DNA of 64,000 bases, taken from positions 13,463 to 77,462 of the forward strand of contig MGKD01000013.1 of NCBI GenBank assembly GCA_001794605.1, in the 5' to 3' direction. A program made the position numbers and the translations under genes. Positions 26,791 to 36,961 of the stretch are shown piece after piece; position 1 is the first letter of the stretch; each line of letters opens with the position of its first letter. The DNA comes from Candidatus Yanofskybacteria bacterium RIFCSPHIGHO2_12_FULL_45_19b (lineage in GTDB: Bacteria > Patescibacteriota > Minisyncoccia > 2-02-FULL-40-12 > IGHO2-12-FULL-4). Under the pieces are notes generated by a model. The model was not told the DNA's origin and made no database searches. It saw only the letters and a program-made list of their open reading frames with translations.

Positions 26791-28460
26791 ATAGCCGGGC
26801 AAAATCGCTTATTTATCCTTTGCTAATTCTTTTAGCATTTTTTTTATTGTTAAGGTTGCCCAGCTTGCACCAGACTTACCATCAAGATGAAGTAAAGTGG
26901 GTAACGCATGCTACCACCATTGGAGATAACGCGACGGGTAAGGGTCACCCACCTTTATCTGGAATAATCTTCCCACTCTTTGGAAAAATCTTAAGTGCGC
27001 AAAATATGCGGGCGTTGCCGTTGTTGTTTGGGTTATTAAATTGTTTGTTGCTGTTCTTTTTGGTAAAACCGCGTTTTGATAAAACCACCGCTTTTTGGGT
27101 GGTAGGGGTGTATGTTTTGGTATTTTATAATGTTTTGGCCTCCTTGATGGTGGATTTAGACGGAGCGTTTCTGCCTTTTTTTGTACTGCTATTTCTCATT
27201 ACTTTTTTCCGCTGGAAAGAGTCTAGCCAACCACATCAGCGTTGGTACTGGGCGGTTAGTTTGGGGCTGACTACCTTATTAGGCTTTATGGCAAAGTTAA
27301 ATTTTATCATTCCAGTAATAGCGGTGCTGATATTTTATGTTGGCGAAACGGATGTTGTTCGATTTAATTTTAAAAATATTACTCGTCTTGTAATTACTGG
27401 ACTAGTTGGGGTCGCGACTATTTTAGCTTGTTTTCTAATTACCAAATATCTTTTTCCGGCTTTTAATTTAGGACGGGTTTTTGCACACGCCACTGATTTC
27501 TTTTCTTTTAGGGGAAGAGATTTTGGCCAGGTTATCTTTCAGACTGCTAAAGCGGTTATCTATGCTTCGCCCTTACTAATTATTCCTTTGTTTCTAATTA
27601 GCAAAGAACAGTTTAAGCAGTTAAGATTTTACTTCTGGTTTTTGGCTGTAGGATTAGTTTTTTATTATTTGTTGTTTGATTTTTCACGGGCGGCATTAGA
27701 CAAATATCTGGCTTTTATTATTGTACCGCTCTCGATTATCAGTGGGGTAGTGCTTAAAAGTTACTTTGAGGCTTGGTCGGGTTTTAATAAAAAGATAGTC
27801 TGGGGTGGTGGGCTAATATTGGTGGGGATTTTTATGACCCAGTTCTTTTCTCATTTAGTGCCACCGCTTTATCCAAAAGCGGAGTGGTTTTCTCGAGTCA
27901 CTAATTTACACTGGAACTTTCTCATGCCTTTTACGGGTGGTTCTGGTCCGCTGGGTTTTTATGTGTCTTTTTTGTTTATTGTCTTAATTTGGTTGTATAG
28001 CTTGGTTTTGTTAGTCTGGTCATTTGTTCAGAAAAATCGACGTTCAGTATTGATTGTGTTATTACTGGTGGCGGGGGTGTTATATAACCTAGTTTTTATT
28101 GAAGAGTATGCCCTGGGTAAGATTAATGGTAATGCCGCTGGGTTGCTTAATGGGGCAGTCTTTTTTATTAAAGATAATGACCAGATTGATAGGGTAATTA
28201 CCTATAACGATATCGGTGGGTTTGAGTTGGCGAGCATCGGGAAATACGAACGGCGCATCTATGTGGCGCCTAAAAATGATGCTGAACACAAACAGACGCT
28301 AAATAACTTTAAAAAGTATTATCTAGTAATTGATATCCCCAGACTGAGTATGGATAGTATTTATGCCAAATATTTTTCTACTTGCCAGGTCGTTTATTCA
28401 GATCAGTCACAACAAATCTCGGCTAAACTTTATGATTGCAAAAACGCTATGAATTTCTAG
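26757..28460 (+). CDS. GT-C family polytopic glycosyltransferase (ArnT/PMT-like)
   Basis: 567 aa, more than 10 TM helices. Genomic association with ArnE-like and GT2 genes. Confidence 0.5.
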   Translation: MYHWSSVITKINSRAKSLIYPLLILLAFFLLLRLPSLHQTYHQDEVKWVTHATTIGDNATGKGHPPLSGIIFPLFGKILSAQNMRALPLLFGLLNCLLLFFLVKPRFDKTTAFWVVGVYVLVFYNVLASLMVDLDGAFLPFFVLLFLITFFRWKESSQPHQRWYWAVSLGLTTLLGFMAKLNFIIPVIAVLIFYVGETDVVRFNFKNITRLVITGLVGVATILACFLITKYLFPAFNLGRVFAHATDFFSFRGRDFGQVIFQTAKAVIYASPLLIIPLFLISKEQFKQLRFYFWFLAVGLVFYYLLFDFSRAALDKYLAFIIVPLSIISGVVLKSYFEAWSGFNKKIVWGGGLILVGIFMTQFFSHLVPPLYPKAEWFSRVTNLHWNFLMPFTGGSGPLGFYVSFLFIVLIWLYSLVLLVWSFVQKNRRSVLIVLLLVAGVLYNLVFIEEYALGKINGNAAGLLNGAVFFIKDNDQIDRVITYNDIGGFELASIGKYERRIYVAPKNDAEHKQTLNNFKKYYLVIDIPRLSMDSIYAKYFSTCQVVYSDQSQQISAKLYDCKNAMNF

Positions 28461-29770
28461 GCCCACACCTTATGAAGCATTTGTCAAAAATATTGGATCA
28501 TACTGTCGACTTTTATGACCGTAGTGGTTATTGGAGAAAACGTAATTGGTTTTATCACCAATCACTGGACGAATTTTTGCGTTTTTTAATTCCACCAGAA
28601 AAAAAATCACTTAAGCTTAGCATTACAGAACTAAACGACTTTTCCGTTGAGCAAAATAAAATTGACTATTTTGTGTTGACTGACTTGCTGGGTTATTTGC
28701 GTGATATTGAAATCTTTTTCAGAGAACTACATGTCAGTGGCGATGACGATACCCGTCTGGTAATAACCCAATATAATAAATTATGGGAGCCACTTTTGCG
28801 TTTGGGAGCGGCACTTAAATTACGGATGCCCTATGCTAACCAAAGCTGGGTTTCGGTTGCTGACATTGAGAATTTTTTATATCTGGCTGGATACGAAGTG
28901 GTTAAAAAAGGTGCCAAATTGTTGTTGCCGATTTATATCCCACTACTTTCGTGGTTGTGTAATAAATACCTGGTAAATATTTTTCCTTTCAATAAATTAG
29001 CCCTAGTTAACTATGTGATTGCGCGTAAGTTGGAGAAAAAGTCGGTTGATGCCTCGGTCAGTGTTATTGTGCCAGCGCGCAATGAGGCCGGTACGATACA
29101 AAAGATAGTAAAGGAAATACCACTAATGGGTAGGGAAACCGAAGTCATCTTTGTGGAGGGGCACTCTACTGATAATACGTTAGAAGAAATCAAGCGGGCG
29201 GTAGCCGAATATCGTGGTGATAAGAAGGTCAAATATGTTGTGCAGAGTGGTAAAGGCAAAGGGGATGCGGTAAGGAAAGGGTTTGCCATGGCGACGGGAG
29301 ATATTTTGATGATTTATGACGCCGATATGACCGTACCACCAGATGAGCTAAGCAAGTTTTATTCAGCCCTAATTGGGGGTCGAGGAGATTTTATTAATGG
29401 TTCGCGCTTGGTTTATCCAATGGAAAAGCTGTCCATGCGCACCTTAAACTTTGTCGGCAATAAATTTTTTAGTTTAGCCTTTTCTTGGTTACTAGGACAA
29501 CGCATTAAAGATACCCTTTGTGGTACTAAAGTCCTATGGAAAAAAGATTATCTGGCGATTGAGCGGGGTCGACAGTGGTTTGGCGAGTTTGATCCATTTG
29601 GTGACTTCGACTTATTATTTGGTGCGGCCAAGCTTAATCTTAAAATTATTGATTTGCCGGTGCATTATAGGGAGCGCACCTATGGCACTACCAATATTGA
29701 TCGCTGGCGCCATGGTTGGCTGTTATTAAAAATGGTGGTTTTTGCTATGCGTAAGATTAAATTTATTTAG
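28436..29770 (+). CDS. two-domain protein: N-terminal unknown domain plus C-terminal GT2 polyprenyl-P glycosyltransferase
   Basis: VSVIVPARNEAGTI...MIYDADMTVPPDEL. Confidence 0.7.
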   Translation: MQKRYEFLGPHLMKHLSKILDHTVDFYDRSGYWRKRNWFYHQSLDEFLRFLIPPEKKSLKLSITELNDFSVEQNKIDYFVLTDLLGYLRDIEIFFRELHVSGDDDTRLVITQYNKLWEPLLRLGAALKLRMPYANQSWVSVADIENFLYLAGYEVVKKGAKLLLPIYIPLLSWLCNKYLVNIFPFNKLALVNYVIARKLEKKSVDASVSVIVPARNEAGTIQKIVKEIPLMGRETEVIFVEGHSTDNTLEEIKRAVAEYRGDKKVKYVVQSGKGKGDAVRKGFAMATGDILMIYDADMTVPPDELSKFYSALIGGRGDFINGSRLVYPMEKLSMRTLNFVGNKFFSLAFSWLLGQRIKDTLCGTKVLWKKDYLAIERGRQWFGEFDPFGDFDLLFGAAKLNLKIIDLPVHYRERTYGTTNIDRWRHGWLLLKMVVFAMRKIKFI

Positions 29771-30441
29771 TGATGGATACGCACCAACATTTTAACGATA
29801 TTGCTAATGAATATGACAAATGGAAGGAGAAAAACTCTTATTACTACGATGCCATCAAAACTTTGTTGCGCTCCAAAATTCCTAGTCAGGCGCGGGTGTT
29901 AGAAGTCGGTTGTGGTACCGGCGATTTGTTGGCAGTGCTATCGCCTTCCGTTGGATTGGGGATTGATATCAGCGAGGTGATGGTGACCTTGGCTCAAAAA
30001 AAGTACGCTGACCGCTCTGAACTATCTTTTCGGGCGTTAGATATTACCACGCTAACAAAACCACTGCCGTATGACTATATTTTTTTGGTGGATGTCTTGG
30101 AACACATTGAAAACTTGCCGAAATTTTTGGAAGGTCTAAAACAGGTTGTTTTGCCTAACGCAAAAATCATTATTACGTTGGCTAACCCGCTCTGGGAGAC
30201 GGTTTTAATGTTGGCAGAGAAATTAGGCATGAAAATGCCAGAAGGTCCACACTGGCGCTTAAGCATCAAGGAGAACGAGCGGTTGTTTAAACAGCAGGGT
30301 TGGGAGATAGCAGAGCGCGGCTATCGATTGCTAGTGCCCAAAAAAATACCAGGGGCAGATTTTCTTAATGAAAAGTTCCATAAGTCTAAGCTCTTAGCCC
30401 CCTTGGGCTTTATTGTTTACTGGGAACTGATCAAGGCATGA
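29770..30441 (+). CDS. class I SAM-dependent methyltransferase
   Basis: VLEVGCGTGDLL motif I. Confidence 0.7.
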   Translation: MMDTHQHFNDIANEYDKWKEKNSYYYDAIKTLLRSKIPSQARVLEVGCGTGDLLAVLSPSVGLGIDISEVMVTLAQKKYADRSELSFRALDITTLTKPLPYDYIFLVDVLEHIENLPKFLEGLKQVVLPNAKIIITLANPLWETVLMLAEKLGMKMPEGPHWRLSIKENERLFKQQGWEIAERGYRLLVPKKIPGADFLNEKFHKSKLLAPLGFIVYWELIKA

Positions 30442-30503
30442 AAAAACTCCCAAGCCCACAGGCGGCTTGAGAGTTTTGAAAGAACTAAAACTGACCAAGT
30501 AAC

Positions 30504-32048
30504 TTAGACAAGGCGACGTTTCGCGCCCTCCCAACGCACATCCCCAAATTGAGGCTGGCCGTGCTGGGCCTCCCAAACTGTCTGATACTCACGAATCCGC
30601 TTAATATCACGGGCCACCATTAACTCACGCAGACCGAGCAACTCGACCGCGTTAAAGTTCTCACAGATGACGGCAGTAATCTTAGTCGCGTCTCCCAAGT
30701 CCGTCAGGAAAGCGTCCAGACTGCCATCATACTGTGCCAAGATGCGGTCTTTGTACTTGTTGAACCACTCACTGCCTGGATAAGGAGTAGCAAAGAAGGG
30801 CTTAACCTGAATACCCATCTCCTCCCATGCCTCTACGCAGTCAATCAACGAGTCAAACCAGTCATCCGGAAAGCCCATGATCTGGTTGGGGATTGGTCGG
30901 ATACCGGCTTCCATGGTTACGCGAAGTGAGCGCTTATTGGTTTCAGGCGTGGAACCTTTGCCAACGTTTTTTAATACGCGCTTGGAAAAGGATTCATAGC
31001 CATAAACCAACTGGGAACAGCCCGCCCCATGCATTAGCCGGAGAATTTCCGGATTAGCATGAGCGGCATGACTGGTGCCACCCCAGTGTACGCCATGGCA
31101 GTGTTCTGGATCATGCGGCACGCCATCGCGCACACATTGCGGCTGAAGGCCCGCCTCAATCCAGAGCCGGCAGATTTCCGGTAGCCAGGTATTATGCGTG
31201 GCCGCGTTCATTGCTAACAGATTTTCGTCAAAGAAAATAACGAAATCTGTGCCATACTTATCGCGCATATGTTTGACCATCTGCACGATATATTTAGGGC
31301 TATGCACACGGTTCTCGCGGTTGTAGGTAAAGACCACATCGGCGGCCGGGTTGTTGGGATCCTGATATTGCAGGTCTCCGGCTAGGCCAAGGTGAAAGCA
31401 AAAACGACAGATGAACGGACAGCCGAAACTGCCGTTGACATCCATACGTTTCTTGGCCGAGAAGGCCTCTTCACTGTAGATCAGTGCGGAGTTACGGAGA
31501 TAGATGTCCATCGGGAGCATATCCCAGGCGGGATAAGGCAGGACATCGAGGTTGGGAATTAAGGGGCGAGGTGGAGTAAGGCAGTTGTTTCCAGTGCGAT
31601 CTCGGTAGATTACCCCGAGCGTTTTGGAAAAATCCAAGTCGTCAAGGGCTATCTTTTCTAAAATCTCCGGAAAGGTAACAAAACCTTCACCCACTACCCC
31701 TAAGTCCACTTCTGAGATCAGTCGCATCATATCCTGCGGTATGCTGGTTAAAATACCTCCACCTAAAACTCTTAATGAGCGGGGAGAGTACTGTTTCGCA
31801 TACTGCATAATTTTTTTGGTGTAACCGTAGGTAGTGGTGATACCACCAACCCCGACTACATCCCAGTTGTCGGCTTGCATGACGGCTTTCAAGTCGCCGT
31901 CATCCGGCCGCCAGGCGTTGGCATCGAGAATTTGCACTAGATGCCCAGCCTGGTCAGCCAGAGCGGCCAACTGGGAAATGCCATAGGGGATATGACGGGG
32001 ATCATCCTCTTCCCGTACGACGGGGTTTATCAACAGTACTCTTGCCAC
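30504..32048 (-). CDS. B12-binding radical SAM enzyme (class B radical SAM methyltransferase-like)
   Basis: N-terminal cobalamin-binding fold. CPFICRFC (CxxxCxxC) motif. Confidence 0.8.
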   Translation of the reverse strand: MARVLLINPVVREEDDPRHIPYGISQLAALADQAGHLVQILDANAWRPDDGDLKAVMQADNWDVVGVGGITTTYGYTKKIMQYAKQYSPRSLRVLGGGILTSIPQDMMRLISEVDLGVVGEGFVTFPEILEKIALDDLDFSKTLGVIYRDRTGNNCLTPPRPLIPNLDVLPYPAWDMLPMDIYLRNSALIYSEEAFSAKKRMDVNGSFGCPFICRFCFHLGLAGDLQYQDPNNPAADVVFTYNRENRVHSPKYIVQMVKHMRDKYGTDFVIFFDENLLAMNAATHNTWLPEICRLWIEAGLQPQCVRDGVPHDPEHCHGVHWGGTSHAAHANPEILRLMHGAGCSQLVYGYESFSKRVLKNVGKGSTPETNKRSLRVTMEAGIRPIPNQIMGFPDDWFDSLIDCVEAWEEMGIQVKPFFATPYPGSEWFNKYKDRILAQYDGSLDAFLTDLGDATKITAVICENFNAVELLGLRELMVARDIKRIREYQTVWEAQHGQPQFGDVRWEGAKRRLV

Positions 32049-32050
32049 GA

Positions 32051-33073
32051 CTAGCCTCCGTTCTGTCCAAATTTGTTTAGAAATTCAGACAGAGAAATGA
32101 AGTTTATGTTGGCACCAAAAAGAGTGCCTCCTTCGGTGCAGTTATAAGTAGTGCACGGGGCCTGCTTGGCCAGTTCCAGGATAATCTCCCGGAACCAGTA
32201 GTAGGTTGGATCCGTGTACCAAGTCTCGTTGAGGTACGGGTTTTGAATCTCGATGTAGGCTTCGGCGACCCGTTCGCCGAATAAATCACGCAGTTCGTAA
32301 AAGTACTGCGTATTGAGGAAGGGAGTGCCGGGGGCGTATCCGAGATCAAATCCGGCTAAGGCTACCTGCCGATGTCCCAATACCGCCCAGGAAAAAATGT
32401 AGGCAGCGGTGCCGACATTGCCACCGGTGTTCATACAAGGAATACCGCCGGTTAGACCTACTAGCTCGCGGGTGACAGTTTGGGTGGGATCATCTGGGTC
32501 ATCGTAAAATTGATTCCACCAGTAGATATCCATACCCGATTCCACACAGCGTTTGGTGACGGTAGGATCAACGCTGGTGCAGAGGATGGCTTTAATTTTA
32601 GAGCCGTGCTGGTTTACTAGCTCGGTTAACTCCTGATTATAGCGCATCTCGTCTTCCCAATACTTAGGGTCAAAGTCCTGTCGCCGGAAGTAATCATCCG
32701 GTGGTCGGCTAGCCAGGTCAGGATCGCCGAACCAACGCACGATACGATACGGGTTGGGGTCTAAACAGACCATGTATTGGGGGATAACACCATGGCGCAG
32801 GCAATAACCAAAGCTGCCATCGGCGGTGATGATATCGCCAGTGAAGTTGGTTTGGGCGATGCGGGCGGCGGTATGCTTACGATGCAGGCTCGGTCCACCT
32901 ACCACTACGATGGCGGCACTGTCTGGCCCATGCTTTGGAATCAACAAGTCATCAATTGTTTTTCGGTAATGCGGACGATTCAATTTGGCATTGCGGAGGC
33001 CCACGGCGGTAACTTTGTCCGCCGTGAGCTTGCTGACGAACTGGGCGATTTGCTTACCTAGGTTATTCTCCAT
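32051..33073 (-). CDS. DUF115/MptE-like protein, Maf-like putative nonulosonic-acid glycosyltransferase
   Basis: VVVGGPSL, ITADGSF, PQYMVCLDP and GGNVGTAAYIFSWAVLGHRQVALAGFDLGY motifs typical of DUF115/Maf. Confidence 0.6.
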   Translation of the reverse strand: MENNLGKQIAQFVSKLTADKVTAVGLRNAKLNRPHYRKTIDDLLIPKHGPDSAAIVVVGGPSLHRKHTAARIAQTNFTGDIITADGSFGYCLRHGVIPQYMVCLDPNPYRIVRWFGDPDLASRPPDDYFRRQDFDPKYWEDEMRYNQELTELVNQHGSKIKAILCTSVDPTVTKRCVESGMDIYWWNQFYDDPDDPTQTVTRELVGLTGGIPCMNTGGNVGTAAYIFSWAVLGHRQVALAGFDLGYAPGTPFLNTQYFYELRDLFGERVAEAYIEIQNPYLNETWYTDPTYYWFREIILELAKQAPCTTYNCTEGGTLFGANINFISLSEFLNKFGQNGG

Positions 33074-33257
33074 CTTGTTTTTCCTTTTTCGGTGGTCGCC
33101 AAACCGGGTTGGCCTTCTTGATATAACAAGCGCTCCCGCCTAAGGCTCGGGCGGCGGCGGTCTGCATTTTTTCAGTTAGAGTCGTCTCCTCATCTTTCGT
33201 TACCCGTACAGGGTTAGCAACAGTGTAGTTTCCCTTTAGGATACTTTTCTTCGACAT
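33063..33257 (-). CDS. small hypothetical protein
   Basis: 64-aa ORF from an internal Met. Overlaps the DUF115 start. Confidence 0.25.
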   Translation of the reverse strand: MSKKSILKGNYTVANPVRVTKDEETTLTEKMQTAAARALGGSACYIKKANPVWRPPKKEKQDGE

Positions 33258-33379
33258 AACAAACCTCCGTTGTTTGGTTTTTAAGCTTCCTTCCAGATCT
33301 GTTCGAGACGATAATAACAAATTAAATTGTTCAATTCAACTGATTGACACCTTTTGACACTTTCTGATACCATTAAAGT

Positions 33380-33625
33380 ATGGTGGAGATTAACCAGAAT
33401 GAAGTTTATACTACCAGTGAAGCGCGCTCGCTTTTAAAAGTCAGTAATAGTACTATTAAGCGCTTATTGAAGCATGGTATCCTGCGAGCTAATAAGGTTG
33501 GTGGACAGTACCGTATTTTAGGGAAAGAACTTTTGCGCGCGGTTTCTCCAAGTATAGAGCGAAGAGCAGTGCATATTTATCAAGACATGAAGCGAAAGTT
33601 TAAACAGAAAATCAAGCCATGGTAG
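33380..33625 (+). CDS. small HTH DNA-binding protein (excisionase/MerR-type HTH_17-like)
   Basis: YTTSEARSLLKVSNSTIKRLLKHGILRANKVGGQYRI. Confidence 0.5.
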   Translation: MVEINQNEVYTTSEARSLLKVSNSTIKRLLKHGILRANKVGGQYRILGKELLRAVSPSIERRAVHIYQDMKRKFKQKIKPW

Positions 33626-33647
33626 TTCGATTAACTCACTATAAATA

Positions 33648-34472
33648 ATGGAAACTACCACCACAATTATTAAACCGCAGAAAAAGTTTTCCTTTTTAGA
33701 TTTAAAGGAGATCTGGGACCATAAAGGGTTGCTCTACTTTTTTACTTGGCGTGACCTCAAAATCCGCTACAAACAGACATTAGTAGGAATAGGCTGGGCA
33801 TTATTCCAACCCTTTGTCACAATGATTGTCTTTAGTATTTTCTTTGGCAATTTTGCTAAAATTCCTTCCGACGGAATTCCCTATCCGATTTTTGTTTATT
33901 CTGGACTTTTGTTTTGGCAATTTTTTTCTGCTTCCCTGGCCCAGGCCAGTAGTTCTCTGGTGAGCAATCAGAATATTATTACTCGAGTTTACTTTCCTCG
34001 TTTGATTTTGCCTTTTTATTCTACGCTTACTAATTTAATTGATTTTGGCGTGGCCTCGCTGATGTTGGTGGTGTTGATGTTTTATTATGGTTTTGCTCCG
34101 GAGTGGTTATTAATCTTATTAATTCCAGTATTAATTTTGATCACCTTTATGTTTGCAGTCGGGCTAGGCCTCTTCTTAGCCTCTCTTAATGTCAAATATC
34201 GAGACATTAAGTTTATCTTACCCTTCTTTATTCAGATGTTGTTATTTGTAACCCCGGTAATTTATCCACCCAGTATTTTGGGAAAGTATTCATGGTTGTT
34301 AGCTTTTAACCCGATGACGGGCGTGATTAAAACCGCCCGCACGATTTTGCTTGGCGGGCAAACGATTAACTGGCTACAGTTGGAAATTTCTAGTTTGGCC
34401 GCCGTAATTATTTTTGTTGTAGGGGTTGTCTATTTTAAAAAGACAGAAAAGTATTTTGCTGATCTTATCTAA
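33648..34472 (+). CDS. ABC-2 type polysaccharide export permease (Wzm/TagG-like)
   Basis: Six TM helices, ABC-2 signature region. Confidence 0.8.
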   Translation: METTTTIIKPQKKFSFLDLKEIWDHKGLLYFFTWRDLKIRYKQTLVGIGWALFQPFVTMIVFSIFFGNFAKIPSDGIPYPIFVYSGLLFWQFFSASLAQASSSLVSNQNIITRVYFPRLILPFYSTLTNLIDFGVASLMLVVLMFYYGFAPEWLLILLIPVLILITFMFAVGLGLFLASLNVKYRDIKFILPFFIQMLLFVTPVIYPPSILGKYSWLLAFNPMTGVIKTARTILLGGQTINWLQLEISSLAAVIIFVVGVVYFKKTEKYFADLI

Positions 34473-34478
34473 TTAGGT

Positions 34479-35735
34479 ATGGAAACTGTCATCCAAGTAA
34501 AAAACATCTCAAAGCGATATAAAATTACTCACTGGCAAGGTGGGTATCTAACCCTGCGTGATGTTATAAGTAATACTTTCAAACACCCCCTAAGGTTTTT
34601 TAAGAATAAAATGAGTAATATAATTTCGGGGGAGAGTCGAGAGGATTTTTGGGCCTTACGTGGTCTGAGTTTTTCGGTGCAAAAAGGAGAGGTGATTGGT
34701 ATTATTGGTGCTAATGGTGCTGGCAAGTCCACCCTACTTAAAATTCTAACTAAAATAACTCCACCCTCAGAAGGAGAGATAGTTTTGCGCGGTAAAGTTT
34801 CTTCTTTGTTGGAGGTGGGAACTGGTTTCCACCCCGAACTGACTGGTCGGGAAAATATTTTTTTCTATGGTGCGATCCTCGGAATGAAAAAGAAGGAGAT
34901 TGTTGATAAATTTGATCGCATTGTTGAATTTGCTGGTATGCAGAAGTTTTTGGATACACCAGTCAAAAAATATTCTTCCGGTATGTATGTACGCCTGGCT
35001 TTTTCAGTAGCCGCACACATGGAGCCAGATATTTTATTGATTGATGAGGTTTTAGCTGTGGGGGATGCTGAATTTCAAAAAAAGTGTTTAGAAAAAATGA
35101 AGAGTGTTGCGCGTGACGATAATCGCACCATTTTATTTATTAGCCATAACATGAATGCGGTCCGCGGGCTATGCAACCGTTGCGTGTTATTGGAAAAAGG
35201 GGAAATAAAAATGGTGGGTGATACCGAAGCGGTGATTAGTGCTTATCTTAAGCACCGGGAGGGTGAGTTTGGTAAAGCTGTTTTTGAGTACCCGACTGAC
35301 CAAAGCAAGCCTATCAACATTAAAAAAATTAAAATTCTTGGGGCAGATGGTACGGTTACGGCGCACCTAGAAGCGGGTATGCCATTTTCAATTGAGTTGG
35401 GGTATTCTGTCAACCAAGCGGTCGCAGCCTCACGAATATTTATTTCCTGTGTTAATGAGGAGGGGGTGGAGTTGTTTGTTTCTTGTGATACAGATAAACA
35501 GCCAGAGCTTTTTACCAACCGAGAGCCCGGTAACTACCGAGCGACTTTTCAATTTCCTGCTACCAATGAAATTTCACTGGCGGCGGGCGACTACTTTTTA
35601 AGAGTGCGTGTTACTTCTGATCCACAGGCCGATCACCTGATTCCATTGACCATAGAGAATTTAGCAAAAAGATTCGTGGAATTACCTGGTGTAATGGCAC
35701 TTGCCTCTAAGTGGCACTTAGAAAAAATCGAATAA
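34479..35735 (+). CDS. polysaccharide ABC exporter ATPase (Wzt/TagH-like) with C-terminal carbohydrate-binding extension
   Basis: Walker A GANGAGKST, signature YSSGMYVRLAF, Walker B LLIDEV. About 160-aa C-terminal beta-rich extension. Confidence 0.85.
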   Translation: METVIQVKNISKRYKITHWQGGYLTLRDVISNTFKHPLRFFKNKMSNIISGESREDFWALRGLSFSVQKGEVIGIIGANGAGKSTLLKILTKITPPSEGEIVLRGKVSSLLEVGTGFHPELTGRENIFFYGAILGMKKKEIVDKFDRIVEFAGMQKFLDTPVKKYSSGMYVRLAFSVAAHMEPDILLIDEVLAVGDAEFQKKCLEKMKSVARDDNRTILFISHNMNAVRGLCNRCVLLEKGEIKMVGDTEAVISAYLKHREGEFGKAVFEYPTDQSKPINIKKIKILGADGTVTAHLEAGMPFSIELGYSVNQAVAASRIFISCVNEEGVELFVSCDTDKQPELFTNREPGNYRATFQFPATNEISLAAGDYFLRVRVTSDPQADHLIPLTIENLAKRFVELPGVMALASKWHLEKIE

Positions 35736-35752
35736 ATTTTTTTCTTGTTAAT

Positions 35753-36958
35753 ATGAAAAAATACTTAAAATTACCGCCCGGAGTTAATCCTAATAAGAAT
35801 AATATTTTTCCAGTTAACCTACCCTATTATTTACTTACCCATAGCGCACACCTTGCTGATGATAAAGAGCAGAAGTGGGTGGTTTTTTGGGGAGTGCCAT
35901 TCCGACAACTACCGACTATCTATGCTGATGAAAAAGAGTTCATTCGGCAGGCCAACCTTTGTCTAGATTATGTACGACGAGGGTGCGTAGGTTGTAAACT
36001 ATTCTACAAAACTCATCCCAATGAAACCGACGAACAAACCTCACTTGATTTAACGGGGTTTCAAATTTTGTCACAGAAAGAAGTGGCGGAATTTTTTGTC
36101 TTGAAAAACTTTCACAAAATAAGACAGGTTTTTTCTACTTACTCTAGCGCGGCGATGACTGCTTATAAATTGGGTCTCGACGCTCACATTTTTCTGCCCT
36201 TGGTGGAACCGTCTTTGACCGAGCAGAATCGCAATGGCAACCGCGAATATTATAAGCATATGCCACCAGAATTCTTTATTGACAAGTTTAGTGCTTCTCC
36301 TAAAACCAATAAACTCAATATTCCTCAACAGCCCGATGCGGTTTTAAGGGAAAATCTTTTGGTGTTGCTAAAAGACCGCCCGGCTCAGACTATTTGGTTT
36401 ATTTTGGGAGATCCGGGTTCACTGACCTCGGTTATTTTACTGGCACGATTTATAAAAGAACTTGCTCCGCAGGCTGCTATCGGTTTAATCATTGAACGAC
36501 ATCATCGTTGGCAGGTAATGAATTTGGCAGAGGTAAAAACTTTTTTTGATCATATGCTGGTTTATCCGCGCTGGCTACCATCGTTGCGCCCAAATAAAAT
36601 TTGGGCGCAACTTAAAACTGCCTGGGCCTTACGTCGAGCACCGATTGCTCCGAACGATATAATCTTTGGTTTTAACTATACGGCCTTTGTGGAAAACTGT
36701 CTGCTCACCTACTTCCCCAGCAACCTAAAAGTGGCTTTTGTAAAAAAAGAAACCCTGGAGTTTTGTTATGGCTCAAAAGAAAAAGCCTTTTTTCAAAACT
36801 ACTTTTCACGCATTGGCCATCGTTTTTATGCCAGAGTAATCCAGCCTATTTTGGGACTGTACCCCACGGTTTTTTTAGAGGATCCGGTGCGAGTGGCTAA
36901 CTTTGACCGCTATCTTATGCCAATTAACGACCTGTATGATCAGGTGTATGTATATTAG
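35753..36958 (+). CDS. hypothetical protein with HP motif; paralog of 51714-52886; candidate CMP-sugar (sialyl/Kdo-type) glycosyltransferase
   Basis: Shares CLDY, THPNE/PHPDE, FDLDL.GF, LGL.AH.F and FVENC/FIENC blocks with the 51714 protein. Confidence 0.35.
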   Translation: MKKYLKLPPGVNPNKNNIFPVNLPYYLLTHSAHLADDKEQKWVVFWGVPFRQLPTIYADEKEFIRQANLCLDYVRRGCVGCKLFYKTHPNETDEQTSLDLTGFQILSQKEVAEFFVLKNFHKIRQVFSTYSSAAMTAYKLGLDAHIFLPLVEPSLTEQNRNGNREYYKHMPPEFFIDKFSASPKTNKLNIPQQPDAVLRENLLVLLKDRPAQTIWFILGDPGSLTSVILLARFIKELAPQAAIGLIIERHHRWQVMNLAEVKTFFDHMLVYPRWLPSLRPNKIWAQLKTAWALRRAPIAPNDIIFGFNYTAFVENCLLTYFPSNLKVAFVKKETLEFCYGSKEKAFFQNYFSRIGHRFYARVIQPILGLYPTVFLEDPVRVANFDRYLMPINDLYDQVYVY

Positions 36959-36961
36959 CCC

